This document shows, in pieces, positions 62,171 to 64,000 of a DNA stretch of 64,000 bases (positions are counted from its first letter, which is position 1; each line of letters starts with the position of its first letter). Under the pieces are notes generated by a model. It worked only from the letters and a program-made list of their open reading frames with translations. It had not been told where the DNA came from and did no database searches. Both the position numbers and the translations under genes were made by a program. Source of the stretch: Spirochaetota bacterium (GTDB lineage Bacteria > Spirochaetota > UBA6919 > CBDBPB01); contig CBDBPB010000006.1 in NCBI GenBank assembly GCA_965208615.1, positions 192,001 through 256,000 on the forward strand, in the 5' to 3' direction.

Positions 62171-63970
62171 TTATTCGTATTTATTGCTTAAGTTATCCAA
62201 AACATAATCCAAATATTTAGATATATTCTGTGTATTCTTAAGTAAGATATTTGCATATAGTTGTTTAGAAAACTCATCCTTTTTAGCTTTTCTAAAGTAC
62301 CAAAGATCTTCTTTTTTGTATAATAGATTTATAAAGTTAAAATTATTTTCCAGTTCTTTTTTTGCATTTAAGACGTTTTGTTCTTCAATGGATGCCTTAT
62401 CTAACTCTTTTATTAAAACGTTAAAAAAGTCCTTTAGCTTATAATTAAGACTTTTATAATATTCACTAAAATCCTTTAACATATAAGGCTTTATAGGTAT
62501 ACTATAAAATACTGAGTTAATTAGTTTAGACTTTTCCTGACTAAGAAATCGATTATTAAAATATTTATCCATGTCAATATGCCTTACACCTGTTATTGGA
62601 AAATAATTAGCTCCCCCGTTAAGCAATAGATCATTATGTATAGATGTATACTGACAAAGCCATTCATTTAGATTTTTTAAAATAAAGTCGGTCTTTAATA
62701 GCGGCTTATTACTTATTGTTATTGGCTTTCTTTTTTGTACTACTCTATAAAACAGCTGGTTTATGCTGTTAAACTTATCGCTATAGTTATAAAGAAAATT
62801 ATTATATATTGGAGAGGATATAGAATGACTTATATCATTGGGATAGCTTAAATCTTGTCCCACTAAGATAATTGGATTGCATCCTAATAGTCGTCCAATT
62901 TCTATAGCTGTAACCGATACAGAACTACCAGCTAATAGACTATCTATTTTAAGGTTAGCCTTATTACTTATCCACTCCAAAAATGGATGTGTTTTATTAT
63001 AGTCATAAACAGATGTAAAATAAAAGGCCCTATTTTTGTTTATAAACTTTGGGATCTTATGATGAACCATTAAGTCATATATTAGATTAACTTTATTCTT
63101 GCCAATTGTTAAAAAGTCTTTAAAGTTGTGAAATTGAGCGTCAATGGATATAACAAAATCTGGAATTATATTCGCCTCCAGCAACGAGGATAAGGCTGTA
63201 TCAGTTGATATTATTATCATTTTATGCTGGTTATGTCTAATCTGGTTTATATAAAACCCTAAAGATGGACCAGCTGACACTATTAAAGCCGTAATACAAC
63301 TAAACTTATTAAATAACAGTCTAATAGGTTGATGGTTAAATAGATTCAGTGAATTTAAAATATAATTTTTAAACCATAGTCTTTCAAACTCTAAAGCAGT
63401 AAACTGATTTTGGAATTGTTGCTCTATTAAACCCTTTGCTAAATATAGCTTATGATTGTAGTCGTTTTTAAATAAGCTATACTCACTTTTTAGATATATA
63501 ATCGCCATTCCCTTAATACACTCAGCCTTTAGGGATGTTAGATTGTTTATAAAAACATTACTAAACTTTTCTCCTACATTAAGATAAACCCTCTTATCCT
63601 CAAGGAAAGACAAATTACAGTGGTAAAATGCCGATGTAAATATATCATAACTATGTTCAAATATCAAAATCGAACAGTCATGATCCTCTATCTGCTTAAT
63701 CAGCTCCGCTATATGATATCCATAACCCAGCCCTATAACGATAATAAGGTTTAGCTTTTTTTTGTCATTAAGGCATATAATCCTTTTTGCCTCTTTAAGT
63801 GGATCATAAGGACTATGTATATATTTATTTTTATAAACAAGTATAGGATAGTTTGTTTTTGAGGTTATAGGCCCAATAACATTATTAGATAAATAATTTA
63901 ATAAAGACTGCCATCCCCTATTAATAATTATATCAAGGTTTTTTTTATAGTAGTAGGTTTTATTGTTCAT
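62171..63970 (-). CDS. Motility-associated factor (Maf)/DUF115 (MptE-like) protein, putative flagellin glycosyltransferase
   Basis: HSPYDPLKEA, GLGYGYH, IVSAGPSL, DTAL, PDFVISID, GSSVS, ILVGQDLSY. Confidence 0.85.
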   Translation of the reverse strand: MNNKTYYYKKNLDIIINRGWQSLLNYLSNNVIGPITSKTNYPILVYKNKYIHSPYDPLKEAKRIICLNDKKKLNLIIVIGLGYGYHIAELIKQIEDHDCSILIFEHSYDIFTSAFYHCNLSFLEDKRVYLNVGEKFSNVFINNLTSLKAECIKGMAIIYLKSEYSLFKNDYNHKLYLAKGLIEQQFQNQFTALEFERLWFKNYILNSLNLFNHQPIRLLFNKFSCITALIVSAGPSLGFYINQIRHNQHKMIIISTDTALSSLLEANIIPDFVISIDAQFHNFKDFLTIGKNKVNLIYDLMVHHKIPKFINKNRAFYFTSVYDYNKTHPFLEWISNKANLKIDSLLAGSSVSVTAIEIGRLLGCNPIILVGQDLSYPNDISHSISSPIYNNFLYNYSDKFNSINQLFYRVVQKRKPITISNKPLLKTDFILKNLNEWLCQYTSIHNDLLLNGGANYFPITGVRHIDMDKYFNNRFLSQEKSKLINSVFYSIPIKPYMLKDFSEYYKSLNYKLKDFFNVLIKELDKASIEEQNVLNAKKELENNFNFINLLYKKEDLWYFRKAKKDEFSKQLYANILLKNTQNISKYLDYVLDNLSNKYE

Positions 63971-64000
63971 TAGGCATAATTGGCTACTTTTCTAATTTGT

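Noticed and set aside
1-64000. CRISPR arrays, rRNA/tRNA genes, transposases, integrases, prophage genes
   Set aside because: I saw no regularly spaced repeats, no GC-rich structured RNA blocks and no mobile-element protein motifs; the intergenic spacers are short and AT-rich.

Overview
This is a gene-dense, very AT-rich bacterial chromosomal segment. It is probably from a motile diderm, most likely Spirochaetota-related. That is an inference from relaxed lipoboxes, a spirochaete-like conserved hypothetical protein, a Maf-type flagellin-glycosylation protein and sigma28-like promoters. Most genes are housekeeping, envelope or signalling genes: clpP-clpX, radA, smpB, pspA, bcp, plsC, pcm, ctpA, bioB, cheB, recO, ybeY, phoH, aspS, a two-subunit class I fumarase, sppA, zapA, pheT, korAB, leuB, trmB, a Gld-type ABC system and an M16 peptidase pair. 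I found no rRNA, tRNA, CRISPR array, IS or prophage. Eight genes between about 14.0 and 34.5 kb are split by nine frameshifts in short A/T homopolymers, most likely long-read assembly errors; I rejoined them. The best candidates for novelty are: (i) a ~1010-aa catalytically dead HD-GYP protein with a long acidic linker; (ii) a divergent LptF/LptG-like membrane pair behind a sigma28-type promoter; (iii) an rTCA-type KorAB followed by a hairpin and a pentapeptide-repeat gene; (iv) an oversized nitroreductase-fold protein; (v) a YbjN/CesT-PspA module. All family assignments come from motif recognition by eye and from memory, not from database searches.
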